Positions 17,288 to 27,451 of a stretch of 64,000 nt of DNA are shown one piece after another. Source of the DNA: Candidatus Bathyanammoxibius amoris (GTDB lineage Bacteria > Planctomycetota > Brocadiia > Brocadiales > Bathyanammoxibiaceae); NCBI GenBank assembly GCA_024451685.1, contig JAMXCW010000006.1, positions 5,218-69,217 on the forward strand, read 5' to 3'. Each line of letters starts with the position of its first letter. Within the stretch, counting starts at the first letter, position 1. The notes below the pieces were generated by a model that did no database searches, was not told the origin of the DNA, and saw only the letters and a program-made list of their open reading frames with translations. A program made the position numbers and the translations under genes.

Positions 17288-18772
17288 ATGAACATACTAC
17301 TTCTAAGTATGCCGGATTCTTTTCCCTTCCTGTTGCAGTGGGGCGTAAAGGTCCCATGCCTCGGCCTGACATCGATCGCCACCAACCTCTCTGAAGGCCA
17401 CAACGTTTATGTGGGAGACCTGTGCACTAAGAGAGACGACGTGCCGGGGGCCGTCAGGGACGCAATAGAGGAGTATAAACCCCATCTTGTGGGGATTTCC
17501 TCAATGACCTTCCAGTACAACACCGCCAAGAAGATAGCACGGCTCATAAAGGGCATGAATAAGGACATAAAACTGGCCCTGGGCGGCTACCATGCCACAC
17601 TCATGTCCCCGGAACTCAAGACCGAAGATGACAGCAAGTTATTCGATTTCTCCGGCGAGGACGGCCGGCTGTTCGACTTCGTGGTAAGGGGTGAGGGAGA
17701 GGTCAACTTCCGTGAGCTTGTAGACGCCATGGACGGGGGGAACAAGGACTTTAATTCCATCATGGGGCTGTCATACAGGTCCAACGGCGAGTGGCACCAT
17801 AACGCCCAAAGACCCCTTCTGGACGTAAAGACCATAAAATTGGCCAAAAGGTCAACGAGGATATGGAATGACTACAGCTACTGGGGCTACAACTTTGACA
17901 CCACTGAGAGTTCCAGGGGCTGCACCTTTACCTGCAACTTCTGCAGCATGCAACACATGTACGGCACCTCATTCAGGACCTTTGACATCTCAAGGGTGAT
18001 GGAGGACCTTGAAGACGTCAAGAGCGTGAAGGGCAATATCGTCCTGTTTATAGACGACAACATCACCCTGAACCCGAAAAGATTTTTGGAAATCTGCGAG
18101 GCGATGATTAAGGAAAAACATAATGACATTTACTACTGGGCGCAGGTGAGCTCCAAGGGTATCGCCTCCGTGCCGGAACTCTCAAAGGCCATGAAGGCCG
18201 CCGGTTTTAAGATGGTCTTCCTGGGGATAGAGAACGTCTCAAAGCGCAACCTTGAGCAGCTCAACAAGGGAGACATATTAGAATACAGCAAGAAGGCCAT
18301 AAAATACCTCCATGACGCCGGGTTAATCGTAATCGGCGGGATGATCGTCGGCAACCCTGAGGACACAGTCGCGGACCTTGAGGAGAACTTCGAATTCTTT
18401 AAAGACCAGGGCATAGACGTATACTTCGACCAGATACTGACCCCGTACCCTAAGACAGGGATAAGGGAAGAACTCATGAAGGCCGGCCTTGTCACAAATC
18501 CTTACGATTTCACGAAATATAACGGATATTGGACCAATGTAAGGACAAAACACCTCTCGGAAGACGAGCTCTCCTTTCTCAGATGGAAGTTGCACCGCGA
18601 CTACTTCGTGCTCGCCAGTCCCTCACCCCTGTACAGAAAATATATGGGAGCAGGCTACTACTACAGGAACTACAAAATCTTCAGAAAGAGGCTGGGCGCC
18701 TGGTGGAACACAGAACGGAAGGTTTACGAGCAGGAGATGGAGAAATACCGGAAGGTAAACGAATTTTTGTAG
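17288..18772 (+). CDS. B12-binding-domain radical SAM protein (class B), paralog 1
   Basis: N-terminal cobalamin-binding-like Rossmann segment (HLVGISSMTFQYNTAKKIARLIK), then ESSRGCTFTCNFCS (CxxxCxxC). Confidence 0.8.
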   Translation: MNILLLSMPDSFPFLLQWGVKVPCLGLTSIATNLSEGHNVYVGDLCTKRDDVPGAVRDAIEEYKPHLVGISSMTFQYNTAKKIARLIKGMNKDIKLALGGYHATLMSPELKTEDDSKLFDFSGEDGRLFDFVVRGEGEVNFRELVDAMDGGNKDFNSIMGLSYRSNGEWHHNAQRPLLDVKTIKLAKRSTRIWNDYSYWGYNFDTTESSRGCTFTCNFCSMQHMYGTSFRTFDISRVMEDLEDVKSVKGNIVLFIDDNITLNPKRFLEICEAMIKEKHNDIYYWAQVSSKGIASVPELSKAMKAAGFKMVFLGIENVSKRNLEQLNKGDILEYSKKAIKYLHDAGLIVIGGMIVGNPEDTVADLEENFEFFKDQGIDVYFDQILTPYPKTGIREELMKAGLVTNPYDFTKYNGYWTNVRTKHLSEDELSFLRWKLHRDYFVLASPSPLYRKYMGAGYYYRNYKIFRKRLGAWWNTERKVYEQEMEKYRKVNEFL

Positions 18773-18858
18773 TTGGCCATCTGGGGAAACATTCGCGCAA
18801 ATACCAACAAAACGATACATCTCAAAATTGAAAGACTTTACTTGAGGACCGAGACATC

Positions 18859-20343
18859 ATGAATGTACTCCTTCTAAGTATGCCGGACTTTATCCCGCTT
18901 ATATTCAGAAAGAATATAAAGGTACCCAACCTCGGCATGACGTCGGTGGCCTCCAACGTTTCTGAAGGCCACAACGTCTACGTGGGAGACCTCTGCACCA
19001 GAAGAGACGACATACCCGGGGCCGTCCGTGACGCAATAGATAAGTATAAACCTGACCTTGTGGGCCTGTCATCAATGACCTTTCAGTACATCACCGCCAA
19101 GAAGATTGCGCGCCTCGTAAGGGGTATGAACAAGGACATCAAACTGGCCCTGGGCGGCTACCACGCCTCGCTCATGTCCCCGGAAACCAGAAGCGATGAC
19201 GACAGTAAACTATTCGACTTCTCCGGCGAGGACGGCCGACTATTCGACTTCATGATAAGGGGCGAGGGTGAAGAAACCTTCCGCGAGCTGATAGACACCC
19301 TGGACGGGGGGCGCAAGGACTTTGATTCCATCCTGGGGTTGTCGTTCAGGAGTAACGGCGAGTGGCGCCACAACGACCGAAGGCCCCTTCTCGACGTAAG
19401 GGCCATAAAACCGCCAGACAGATCGAAGAGGATATGGAAGGACTACAATGCTTTTTTCCACAAATTTGATGTCGTCGAGAGCTCAAGGGGCTGCACCTTT
19501 ACCTGCAACTTCTGCAGCATACACCACATGTACGGTACCACCTTCAGGACCTACGACATCTCCAGGGTGATAGAAGACCTCGAAGACATCCGGAAGGCGG
19601 GGGGCAACATGGTGGGATTCATAGACGACAACATTACCCTGAACCCGAAAAGGTTTACGGAACTCTGCCGGGCAATAACCAGAGAAGGCTATAACGACAT
19701 GAACTACTGGGCCCAGGTAAGCTGCAAGGGTATCGCCTCCACGCCCGAACTCTCAAAGGCCATGCGTGACGCAGGATTCATGGTTGTCTTCCTGGGTATA
19801 GAGAGCGCCTCAAAGCGCACCCTGGAGCGGCTCAACAAGGGAGACATATTAGAATACAGCAAGAAAGCCATAAAATACCTCCATGACGCCAATATATTAA
19901 TAATCGGTGGGATGATCGTCGGAAACCCTGACGATACATGCGAGGATGTCAGGGAAAACTACGAGTTCTTCAGGGAATACGGCGTAGATGCCTACCTGGA
20001 CCAGATGCTGACCCCATACCCCAAAACGGGGATAAGGAAAGAACTTATGGATGCCGGCCTCGTGACAAACCCCTACGATTTCGCAAAATACAACGGATTC
20101 TGGGTCAATGTCAGGACAAAACACATCCCGGCAGATGAGCTCTCCTTTCTCAGATGGAAGCTCCACCGTGAATTTTTCCTGATGGCGGAACCATCACCCA
20201 TATACCGGAAACTGATGGGCCCGGGCTATTACTACAGGAAGTATAAGATCTTCAGGAAGAAGCTGGATGTCTGGTGGAAGACGGAAAGGAAGGCATACGA
20301 AGAGGACATGGAGAAGTTCCGCAAGGTAAACGAATACCTGTAG
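18859..20343 (+). CDS. B12-binding-domain radical SAM protein (class B), paralog 2
   Basis: Same length (494 aa) and collinear with 17288-18772, with roughly three quarters of residues identical by eye and the same ESSRGCTFTCNFCS motif. Confidence 0.8.
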   Translation: MNVLLLSMPDFIPLIFRKNIKVPNLGMTSVASNVSEGHNVYVGDLCTRRDDIPGAVRDAIDKYKPDLVGLSSMTFQYITAKKIARLVRGMNKDIKLALGGYHASLMSPETRSDDDSKLFDFSGEDGRLFDFMIRGEGEETFRELIDTLDGGRKDFDSILGLSFRSNGEWRHNDRRPLLDVRAIKPPDRSKRIWKDYNAFFHKFDVVESSRGCTFTCNFCSIHHMYGTTFRTYDISRVIEDLEDIRKAGGNMVGFIDDNITLNPKRFTELCRAITREGYNDMNYWAQVSCKGIASTPELSKAMRDAGFMVVFLGIESASKRTLERLNKGDILEYSKKAIKYLHDANILIIGGMIVGNPDDTCEDVRENYEFFREYGVDAYLDQMLTPYPKTGIRKELMDAGLVTNPYDFAKYNGFWVNVRTKHIPADELSFLRWKLHREFFLMAEPSPIYRKLMGPGYYYRKYKIFRKKLDVWWKTERKAYEEDMEKFRKVNEYL

Positions 20344-20356
20344 CCCCCATGCCTTT

Positions 20357-22111
20357 TTAATTGACTGTCTCTACCTCGCACTCACACTCAAGCGCAAGGG
20401 CCTGGGATATCCGGCTCTTATCCCTGTAGATGGTTATCCCCTTGCATCTGCTCTCGTAGGCAAGCATAAACGTCTTTTCCACCTCCTTCTTTGACGTGGC
20501 GGAAGAGAAATTTATGGTCTTCGATACCGCATTGTCCGTGTACTTCTGAAACGCCGCCTGCATCCTGACGTGCCACTCCGCGGGGATGTCCCTGGCGGTC
20601 ACAAAGACCCGTTTTGTCCCGTCGGGTATGTAAGGGATAGACTGGATGGAACCCTCTTTTGAGATTTCTTCCATAAGCCTGTCGGAGTAAAACCCCTCCC
20701 GGTGCGCCGTCTCAACAAACAAATCGTAGACCTCAGGGATAAACTCCTCGTCCAGGATGCGCCTGCCGAAGGAAAAGGCGAATATCGGCTCTATACCGCT
20801 GGAGCAACCGGCTATGATGCTGATGGTGCCGGTCGGGGCGATAGTGGTGCGGGAGACGTTTCTGTAGCGGGGCCCGCCCGCTTTATCGTATATACTCCGC
20901 GAGAAGTTGGGGAATACACCCCGCTTTTCCGCCCGCTCGATTGACGCGGCGTTGGCCTCACCGGAGAAGAACTTCATCAACTCCTCAGCCGCACCAAGGG
21001 CCTCTTCAGAATCATAAGGAATGCCCATCTTCACCAGCATGTCGGCAAAGCCCATGACACCAAGCCCTATCTTCCTGTTGCCCTTGCTCATCTCCTCAAC
21101 CTGCGGCAGCGGATACTTATTTACGTCTATGACGTTGTCAAGGAAGTACAGCCCCCATCTTATAACTTCCCTGAGCCTGTCCCAGTCAACTCCGGGTCTT
21201 TTACCGTCACCGTCCTTCAACATCCCGGAGAGATTCACCGAACCCAGCACGCAGGACTCGTACGGCAGGAGCGGTTGCTCGCCGCACGGGTTTGTGCTCT
21301 CTATTGCGCCCAGCTCAGGGGTAGGGTTAGAGGCGTTTATGGTATCAAGGAAGAGTATCCCCGGCTCGCCCGTCTTCCACGCCTCCTCCACAAGCCTGTC
21401 AAAGACCTCTCTGGCCCTGAGCTTCTTCACCGTCTTCCCCGTGCGGGGATTAATGAGCCCATATTCCCCGTCATCCTCCACCGCCTTCATGAAGGCATCC
21501 GTCACACCCACAGAGACGTTGAAGTTGGTAAGGACTCCCTGACGGTTCTTACAATCTATGAATTCCAGTATGTCGGGGTGTGTAACGTGGAGGACGGCCA
21601 TGTTGGCGCCCCGGCGGAATCCGCCCTGGTTAATGACCTCCGTGGCCTCGTTGAATATCCTGATAAAGGAGACCGGGCCGCTGGCGGGCCCCCCTGAGGT
21701 GCTGACTATATCATTCTTCGGCCTGAGTCTGGAAAAGGAAAACCCCGTCCCCCCTCCGCTCTGGTGGATGAGGGCGGAAAACTTTACCATGTCGAATATA
21801 TGCTCGATAGAATCCTCCACGGGCAGCACAAAACACGCCGCCAACTGCTGGAGCCTCCTGCCGGCGTTCATAAGCGTGGGCGAGTTGGGCAGGAACTCGA
21901 GCCTCGACATCATACCGTAAAAGGCCGCTTCAGCCTCCCGGGGGTCCTCCCCGTAAAGGGCGTTCGCGCCGGCCGCATTGCGGGCCACCCGCCTGAACAT
22001 CTCCTCCGGAGACTCTATACAGCGGCCCTGCCCGTCCTTCCTCAGGTACCTCTTCTTTAGTATCAGCAGACCTGTTGGAGATAGTTCTATTTTCTCGGAC
22101 TTTTTTCCCAT
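20357..22111 (-). CDS. nrdJ: Adenosylcobalamin-dependent (class II) ribonucleotide reductase
   Basis: Active-site TNPCGEQPL, N-terminal LKKRYLRKD, single-chain size of about 585 aa. The ORF is open to TTG 22129; ATG 22111 (MGKKSEK...) is the preferred start. Confidence 0.85.
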   Translation of the reverse strand: MGKKSEKIELSPTGLLILKKRYLRKDGQGRCIESPEEMFRRVARNAAGANALYGEDPREAEAAFYGMMSRLEFLPNSPTLMNAGRRLQQLAACFVLPVEDSIEHIFDMVKFSALIHQSGGGTGFSFSRLRPKNDIVSTSGGPASGPVSFIRIFNEATEVINQGGFRRGANMAVLHVTHPDILEFIDCKNRQGVLTNFNVSVGVTDAFMKAVEDDGEYGLINPRTGKTVKKLRAREVFDRLVEEAWKTGEPGILFLDTINASNPTPELGAIESTNPCGEQPLLPYESCVLGSVNLSGMLKDGDGKRPGVDWDRLREVIRWGLYFLDNVIDVNKYPLPQVEEMSKGNRKIGLGVMGFADMLVKMGIPYDSEEALGAAEELMKFFSGEANAASIERAEKRGVFPNFSRSIYDKAGGPRYRNVSRTTIAPTGTISIIAGCSSGIEPIFAFSFGRRILDEEFIPEVYDLFVETAHREGFYSDRLMEEISKEGSIQSIPYIPDGTKRVFVTARDIPAEWHVRMQAAFQKYTDNAVSKTINFSSATSKKEVEKTFMLAYESRCKGITIYRDKSRISQALALECECEVETVN

Positions 22112-22290
22112 AACACGATTCTCACACAACCCTCAACTACATAGTGTAGCGATGCCGGATATAAATGTCTATATGTTGTATGCTTGAAAATGCAACGGAC
22201 AAAGACACGAGGGTTTTCCAAGGAAGACGTCGCTCTATCTGAGAAATGATAAGGAGAGGTAAGGGTAAGGTGGGTTCTCAAGTAAAGAGG

Positions 22291-23658
22291 TTATTTGAGG
22301 CCGTATTTGTCGAGCTTTCTGTAGAGTGTGCGCTCGCCTATGCCAAGGAGTTTGGCAGATACGCCTCTGTTGCCCTTGGCTGAGGCCAGCGTGTTTTTTA
22401 TAAGGTCTCGTTCCATCTCCTCAAGAGACATTCCCGCCAGCGGTTCCTGCTGGCACACCTTCCCCGCGTCATCCGGAAAAACGTGGCCGGGGATATCTTC
22501 CACACCAAGGGTGTCACCTTGCGCCAGCACCACCATACTCTCGATACAATTTTTTAGTTCTCTTACGTTGCCGGGCCAGGAGTACTGGAGAAATCTCTTT
22601 CTAACCTCAGGTGTCAGGGAATATACCTGTTTACCATACGTCCGCGAATATTCTTTAATAAAGGCCTCTGCCAGGTGGGGTATATCTTCTTTACGCTCCC
22701 TCAGGGGCGGCAACTTGAGACAGACTACGTTGAGCCTGAAATACAGGTCCTCTCTAAACTTCTTCTCCTTCAACAGTCCCTCAAGGTTCTGATTGGTAGC
22801 GGCGATTATTCTGACGTCAACGAGAACCGGCTCGTTGCTGCCGACTTTGATAACCTTTCCGTCATCCACGATTCTGAGGAGTTTTGCCTGTGCCGAAAGG
22901 GGCATGTCTCCTATCTCGTCCAGGAAGAGCGTCCCGCCATGAGCGTACTCAAACTTCCCCTTCCTCCTGGCCACGGCCCCGGTAAACGCGCCACGTTCAT
23001 GGCCAAATAGTTCGCTCTCCAGAAGCCCCTCGGGAATGGCAGCAGAATTCAGCGCCACAAAGACACTGTTCCTCCTGGGACTGCAATTATGAATGGCCCT
23101 GGCTATGAGTTCCTTCCCGGTACCGCTTTCACCCGTGATAAGAACAGTCGCATTCGTCGAGGCGATCCGCCTTACAACGCCCAAAGTGCGCTCCATGCTG
23201 GCACATTTCCCGATAATGCCGGGAAGACCGCTCGCATGTCTTTGGCCTGGTTTGGCCCCCCCTCCTTCAGCCTCATTTCTTGCAACAGACTGCTTCTTAA
23301 CTATTTCATCCGCAACCATTCTGAGTTGATGGATATTAACCGGCTTACTGAGAAACGTAACCGCACCGTTTTGCATGGCCTTAACGGCCGTCTCCACGGT
23401 GCCGTATCCGGTAACCATGACGACACGGACGTCGGGAACGTGTTCCCTGGCCGCCCTGAGTATCTCCATGCCGTCCACGTCTCTCATTACAAGGTCGGTT
23501 ACCACTATGTCTATATCTTCCTGCCGCAGGTGGCCGAGAGCCTCCCGTCCCCCTGTAGCCACAACGCATTTGTAGCCCACCTTCTCCAGGCTCTCCGCGG
23601 TAGCCCTTGCGTGCGCGGCCTCATCGTCAACGACTAATATCCTGGCCTTATATCCCAT
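22291..23658 (-). CDS. Sigma54-dependent response regulator (NtrC family)
   Basis: Receiver domain (ILVVDDE ... DIVVTDLVM), AAA+ domain (GESGTGKE, GAFTGA) and a C-terminal Fis-type HTH. ATG 23658 has an AAGAGG Shine-Dalgarno. Confidence 0.85.
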   Translation of the reverse strand: MGYKARILVVDDEAAHARATAESLEKVGYKCVVATGGREALGHLRQEDIDIVVTDLVMRDVDGMEILRAAREHVPDVRVVMVTGYGTVETAVKAMQNGAVTFLSKPVNIHQLRMVADEIVKKQSVARNEAEGGGAKPGQRHASGLPGIIGKCASMERTLGVVRRIASTNATVLITGESGTGKELIARAIHNCSPRRNSVFVALNSAAIPEGLLESELFGHERGAFTGAVARRKGKFEYAHGGTLFLDEIGDMPLSAQAKLLRIVDDGKVIKVGSNEPVLVDVRIIAATNQNLEGLLKEKKFREDLYFRLNVVCLKLPPLRERKEDIPHLAEAFIKEYSRTYGKQVYSLTPEVRKRFLQYSWPGNVRELKNCIESMVVLAQGDTLGVEDIPGHVFPDDAGKVCQQEPLAGMSLEEMERDLIKNTLASAKGNRGVSAKLLGIGERTLYRKLDKYGLK

Positions 23659-23666
23659 AGAACCTC

Positions 23667-24464
23667 TTAACAACTCCTCCTCAAGGGCAACTGGACGATG
23701 AAACTACTCCCCTTACCCTCTTCACTATTAACAGATACCGTACCACCGTGTTCTTCGACAATACGCTCGACAGTAGGCAGACCGAGCCCCGTCCCGTTAT
23801 TTTTCGTGGAATAGTAGACCTCAAATATTTTCCCGAAGTCCGTACTGCGGATACCGCTCCCGGTGTCGGTCACCTCAATCTGAAGGCTGTCGTTCTTGCG
23901 CGCGGTGCGTATGGAAAGTTTACCCCCTCCAGACATCGCCTGCTGGGCGTTAATCATCATGTTCAGAAGCGCCTGTTTTATCAAATTCGCATCCAACTTC
24001 ACAGGCGGTATGGAAGTTTCATAACACCTGTCTATGACAATATTGTTCCTTCTGGCCTCGGGGGCAATAAAATCAACCACCTCGTCCACCACTTTGTTCA
24101 CGTCGTGTTCCGCAAACCTCGGACGCTCTTCATGTGCAAAGCGCAGGAAGTCGCTCACAACCTCCTCTAACCTTTGCACCTCTCGCTGAAGGTCCTGAAC
24201 CTTTTTCTTTACAACCTCTCCACGGTTGTTTGTGCCGTCACCGACCTCTTCTTCGAGTAGCTGCAGATTAACACTCAGTATGCTCAGGGGATTCCTAATC
24301 TCGTGCGCTAGCCCGAGGGCCAGAGTGTCGAGAGATGGAGGTGGATGACGCAATTTCTTTCCGGTTTTAAGTATATTACTCTTAAGACTTCTTCTTCGGT
24401 AAAGGACGTAAGAAAACGCCGCTACCGTTATTATAACAGCTACGATGAAGAAACTTTTATCCAT
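23667..24464 (-). CDS. Membrane-anchored sensor histidine kinase
   Basis: One N-terminal TM helix, H-box LAHEIRNPL, HATPase N/G boxes (NMMINAQQAM, DTGSGI, GTGLGL). Its stop abuts the response-regulator start. The ORF is open to TTG 24512. Confidence 0.8.
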   Translation of the reverse strand: MDKSFFIVAVIITVAAFSYVLYRRRSLKSNILKTGKKLRHPPPSLDTLALGLAHEIRNPLSILSVNLQLLEEEVGDGTNNRGEVVKKKVQDLQREVQRLEEVVSDFLRFAHEERPRFAEHDVNKVVDEVVDFIAPEARRNNIVIDRCYETSIPPVKLDANLIKQALLNMMINAQQAMSGGGKLSIRTARKNDSLQIEVTDTGSGIRSTDFGKIFEVYYSTKNNGTGLGLPTVERIVEEHGGTVSVNSEEGKGSSFIVQLPLRRSC

Positions 24465-24548
24465 CACATACGTGCCTATGTAAGGCTTGAGCAAGGGGGT
24501 ATTCTTTGGCAATTAATACCCCCTGGCTCATCTAACAAACAGAAGATA

Positions 24549-24764
24549 CTACGACGCTACCCTGGTAACGTTCTGGGCCTGAAGTCCTTTGTCACTATCT
24601 ATAAGGTCAAACTCTACGTTCTCGCCATCTTCAAGGGTCCTGAAACCATCTCCATTGATGCTAGAATAATGAACAAAAACGTCTTTGCCCCCTTCGTGTT
24701 CGATGAAACCAAATCCTTTTTTTGCATCAAACCACTTTACCTTACCGGTGACCCTTGTAGCCAT
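24549..24764 (-). CDS. cspA: Cold-shock protein (CspA family)
   Basis: [15 protein letters not shown] (RNP1) and DVFVHYS (RNP2). The start is at ATG 24764. Confidence 0.9.
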   Translation of the reverse strand: MATRVTGKVKWFDAKKGFGFIEHEGGKDVFVHYSSINGDGFRTLEDGENVEFDLIDSDKGLQAQNVTRVAS

Positions 24765-24915
24765 TCTAATCTCCTTAATTCTTGAAAATATCAAAAATAA
24801 CAAAAATTAAAAGACCATAAGCAAAAAGACCTGCCTCCCTTTATATTTTCGCACCTCCTGTATAGAAATAGTTAAAAACGGTTTAAAACAAGAAGAACCC
24901 CCCTGGTCGGGTCTG

Positions 24916-27024
24916 TCAGCTTACAGAAGTACTGGCTTCCCGCTCTTTCAATATTGCCTTCCTCGAAAGCCTTATACGTTTCTGGTCATCGATTCCGATG
25001 ACCTTCACCTCTATCTCCTGCCCTACCTTCAGCACGTCGTCAACCTTTCCAACATATTCGTCTGACATCTCAGATATATGAAGGAGTCCGTCCTGACCGG
25101 GAAGGACTTCCACAAACGCACCGTATTCTTTTATGGAAGAAACCTTCCCCTGGTAGATCTTCCCTACCTGCACCTCTTCCGTTATTTTCTCGATGGTCTC
25201 TCTTGCCGTCTCGGCGGCCTCCGCTGATACGGATGATATGGTCACGGTGCCGTCATTTTCTATCTCCACTCTGGCGCCCGTCTCTTCCTGGATTTTCTTG
25301 ACGACCTTGCCGCCCGGGCCTATCACGGCGCCAATCTTATCCGGATTTATCTTTATCCGCAACAGTCTCGGCGCATGCTCGGAAATCTCTTCTCTGGGAC
25401 TGTCCAGGACCTTCAACATCTCTTTAAGTATGTGAATCCTGCCCTCTTTCGCCTGCTCCAGGGCCTTCTTCATTACGTCTTCATCGAGCCAGGGTATCTT
25501 TAAGTCCATCTGAAGGGCGGTGATACCCCTCTGCGTTCCGGCCACCTTGAAGTCCATGTCGCCAAAATGGTCCTCCGTGCCCAGGATGTCGGAAAGGATG
25601 CGCACTTCGTCACCCTCCTTTGCCAGCCCCATAGCTATCCCCGCCACAGGGTCCTTTATCGGCACGCCCGCATCCATCAAACAAAGCGTGCCACCACATA
25701 CGCTGGCCATAGATGAAGAGCCATTGGACTCCAGTACGTCTGACACCACGCGGACGGTGTAAGAGAATTTCTCATGGTCGGGCATCACGGCCTCTAGCGC
25801 GGCCTCCGCCAGGTTGCCGTGGCCGATCTCTCTCCTGGATACGGAGAAGACGTTTTTCACCTCTCCCACGCTGAACGGGGGGAAATTATAGTGGAGCATA
25901 AACTTCTTTGTATACGGCTCATCCAGCCCGTCTACCTTCTGCTCATCCATAGAAGTGCCAAGAGTAACCACCACCAGGGCCTGCGTCTCTCCCCGCGTAA
26001 ACAGCGCCGAACCATGGGTCATGGGAAGAACACCCACCTCACAGGTAATGGGCCTTATCTCATCAAGCCCCCGGCCGTCCACCCTCTTGTTCTCGTTTAT
26101 TATCTGTTCCCTGACGGCCTTACACTCCATCTCGTCGAATAACTCACTTATCTCTGTTCCCGTAATCCTGGCGTCGTCACCCTGAGAGTATTTTTCTACG
26201 ATGGCATTCTGTATCTCGCCCAGCGCATCATCTCTTGCGTGCTTTCCCGGTGTCAGGCTCTTCTCCTTCACCTGGTCATAGGCCTCTTCCCAGATGGCTT
26301 TATGGATTTCTTCGTCTTTTTCAGGCTCGGCCATCACCTGCTGCTTCTCTTTGCCACACAGGTCTATCAGTTCTTTCTGCAACTGCACTATGTCCTTAAC
26401 CCCCAGCTCGGCAAAGACAAGCGCCTGCAGAATGTCTTCTTCAGACATCTCCTTCGCCCCCGCCTCCACCATCAGCATGCCGTCCTCCGTTCCTGAAAGT
26501 ACCAGGTTCAGGTCGCTGGACTGGAGTTCCTCGCTAGTGGGGTTTAAGACAAACTCTCCGTTTACTCTCCCCACCCTGACTGAACCCACCGGGCCAGAAA
26601 AGGGGATTGAGGAGACACAAAGGGCGGCAGAGGCGCCTATCATTGCCAATATGTCCGGATTGTTTTCTTTATCCACGGAAAGTACAACACCCATTACTTG
26701 TAAGTCCTTGCGGTATGTCTTAGGAAACAGCGGTCTTGTCGGCCTGTCTATCATCCTCATGGTAAGTATCTCTTTTGCGCTGGGCCTTCCTTCCCTTTTA
26801 TAGAAACCCCCGGGAAACTTTCCCGCCGCATAGGTCCTCTCCCTGTAATCAACGGTAAGGGGCAAAAAATCGATATCTCTTTCCCGCCCGGACACCGCGG
26901 TCACCAGGACTACGGTACCACCATATTTAACTACAACTGCACCGTCCGCCTGCTTGGCCATCCTGTTCGATTCAATACTCAGCGTTCTGCCACCTATAGA
27001 CTTTTCCACCTTGTGTATAGCCAT
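24916..27024 (-). CDS. pnp: Polyribonucleotide nucleotidyltransferase (PNPase)
   Basis: Two RNase PH domains plus KH and S1 (GKIYQGKVSSIKEYGAFVE); canonical rpsO-pnp linkage. Confidence 0.95.
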   Translation of the reverse strand: MAIHKVEKSIGGRTLSIESNRMAKQADGAVVVKYGGTVVLVTAVSGRERDIDFLPLTVDYRERTYAAGKFPGGFYKREGRPSAKEILTMRMIDRPTRPLFPKTYRKDLQVMGVVLSVDKENNPDILAMIGASAALCVSSIPFSGPVGSVRVGRVNGEFVLNPTSEELQSSDLNLVLSGTEDGMLMVEAGAKEMSEEDILQALVFAELGVKDIVQLQKELIDLCGKEKQQVMAEPEKDEEIHKAIWEEAYDQVKEKSLTPGKHARDDALGEIQNAIVEKYSQGDDARITGTEISELFDEMECKAVREQIINENKRVDGRGLDEIRPITCEVGVLPMTHGSALFTRGETQALVVVTLGTSMDEQKVDGLDEPYTKKFMLHYNFPPFSVGEVKNVFSVSRREIGHGNLAEAALEAVMPDHEKFSYTVRVVSDVLESNGSSSMASVCGGTLCLMDAGVPIKDPVAGIAMGLAKEGDEVRILSDILGTEDHFGDMDFKVAGTQRGITALQMDLKIPWLDEDVMKKALEQAKEGRIHILKEMLKVLDSPREEISEHAPRLLRIKINPDKIGAVIGPGGKVVKKIQEETGARVEIENDGTVTISSVSAEAAETARETIEKITEEVQVGKIYQGKVSSIKEYGAFVEVLPGQDGLLHISEMSDEYVGKVDDVLKVGQEIEVKVIGIDDQKRIRLSRKAILKEREASTSVS

Positions 27025-27094
27025 ATTTTCTCTTCTTCCTACCCTTTCTTCCTACCTGTCTTCACTTGACAAAAAAATACTTCACATTAATTAA

Positions 27095-27376
27095 CTAAAG
27101 GCTCTTTTCGCGAATTCCCAGCTTGCTGATTACCTGCTTATATCTCTCTTTATTCTTCTTACCGAGGTATTTCAGGAGAGAAGACCGCCTGCCAACCATT
27201 TGCAGGAGTCCCCTGCGAGAGGTGTGGTCTTTCTTATGGTCTTTGAGGTGGCCGCTCAAATGGTTTATACGAGCGGTAAGGATGGCAATCTGAACCTCTG
27301 GGGAGCCTGTGTCGTCCGGGTGAGTCTTAAGGTCCTTAATTACTTCCGCCTTACGTTCCTTATCAATTCCCATCAA
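27095..27376 (-). CDS. rpsO: 30S ribosomal protein S15
   Basis: [35 protein letters not shown]. Confidence 0.95.
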   Translation of the reverse strand: MMGIDKERKAEVIKDLKTHPDDTGSPEVQIAILTARINHLSGHLKDHKKDHTSRRGLLQMVGRRSSLLKYLGKKNKERYKQVISKLGIREKSL

Positions 27377-27451
27377 CTGTATCCTTCAAGATGCCTTCAC
27401 TAAAAGTATGGGATTTTACGGGTTATGCCCCTCTTTTGCAATAGAAAAATA

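Noticed and set aside
22112-22290. Possible NrdR boxes (ACAACATATAGACATT and ACACTATGTAGTTGAG on the minus strand, about 30 nt apart) and a possible sigma54 promoter (TTGCAT) upstream of nrdJ.
   Set aside because: Each box matches the remembered NrdR consensus at only about 9-10 of 16 positions. There is no GG at the -24 position relative to TTGCA. This is too weak to call without a genome-wide profile.
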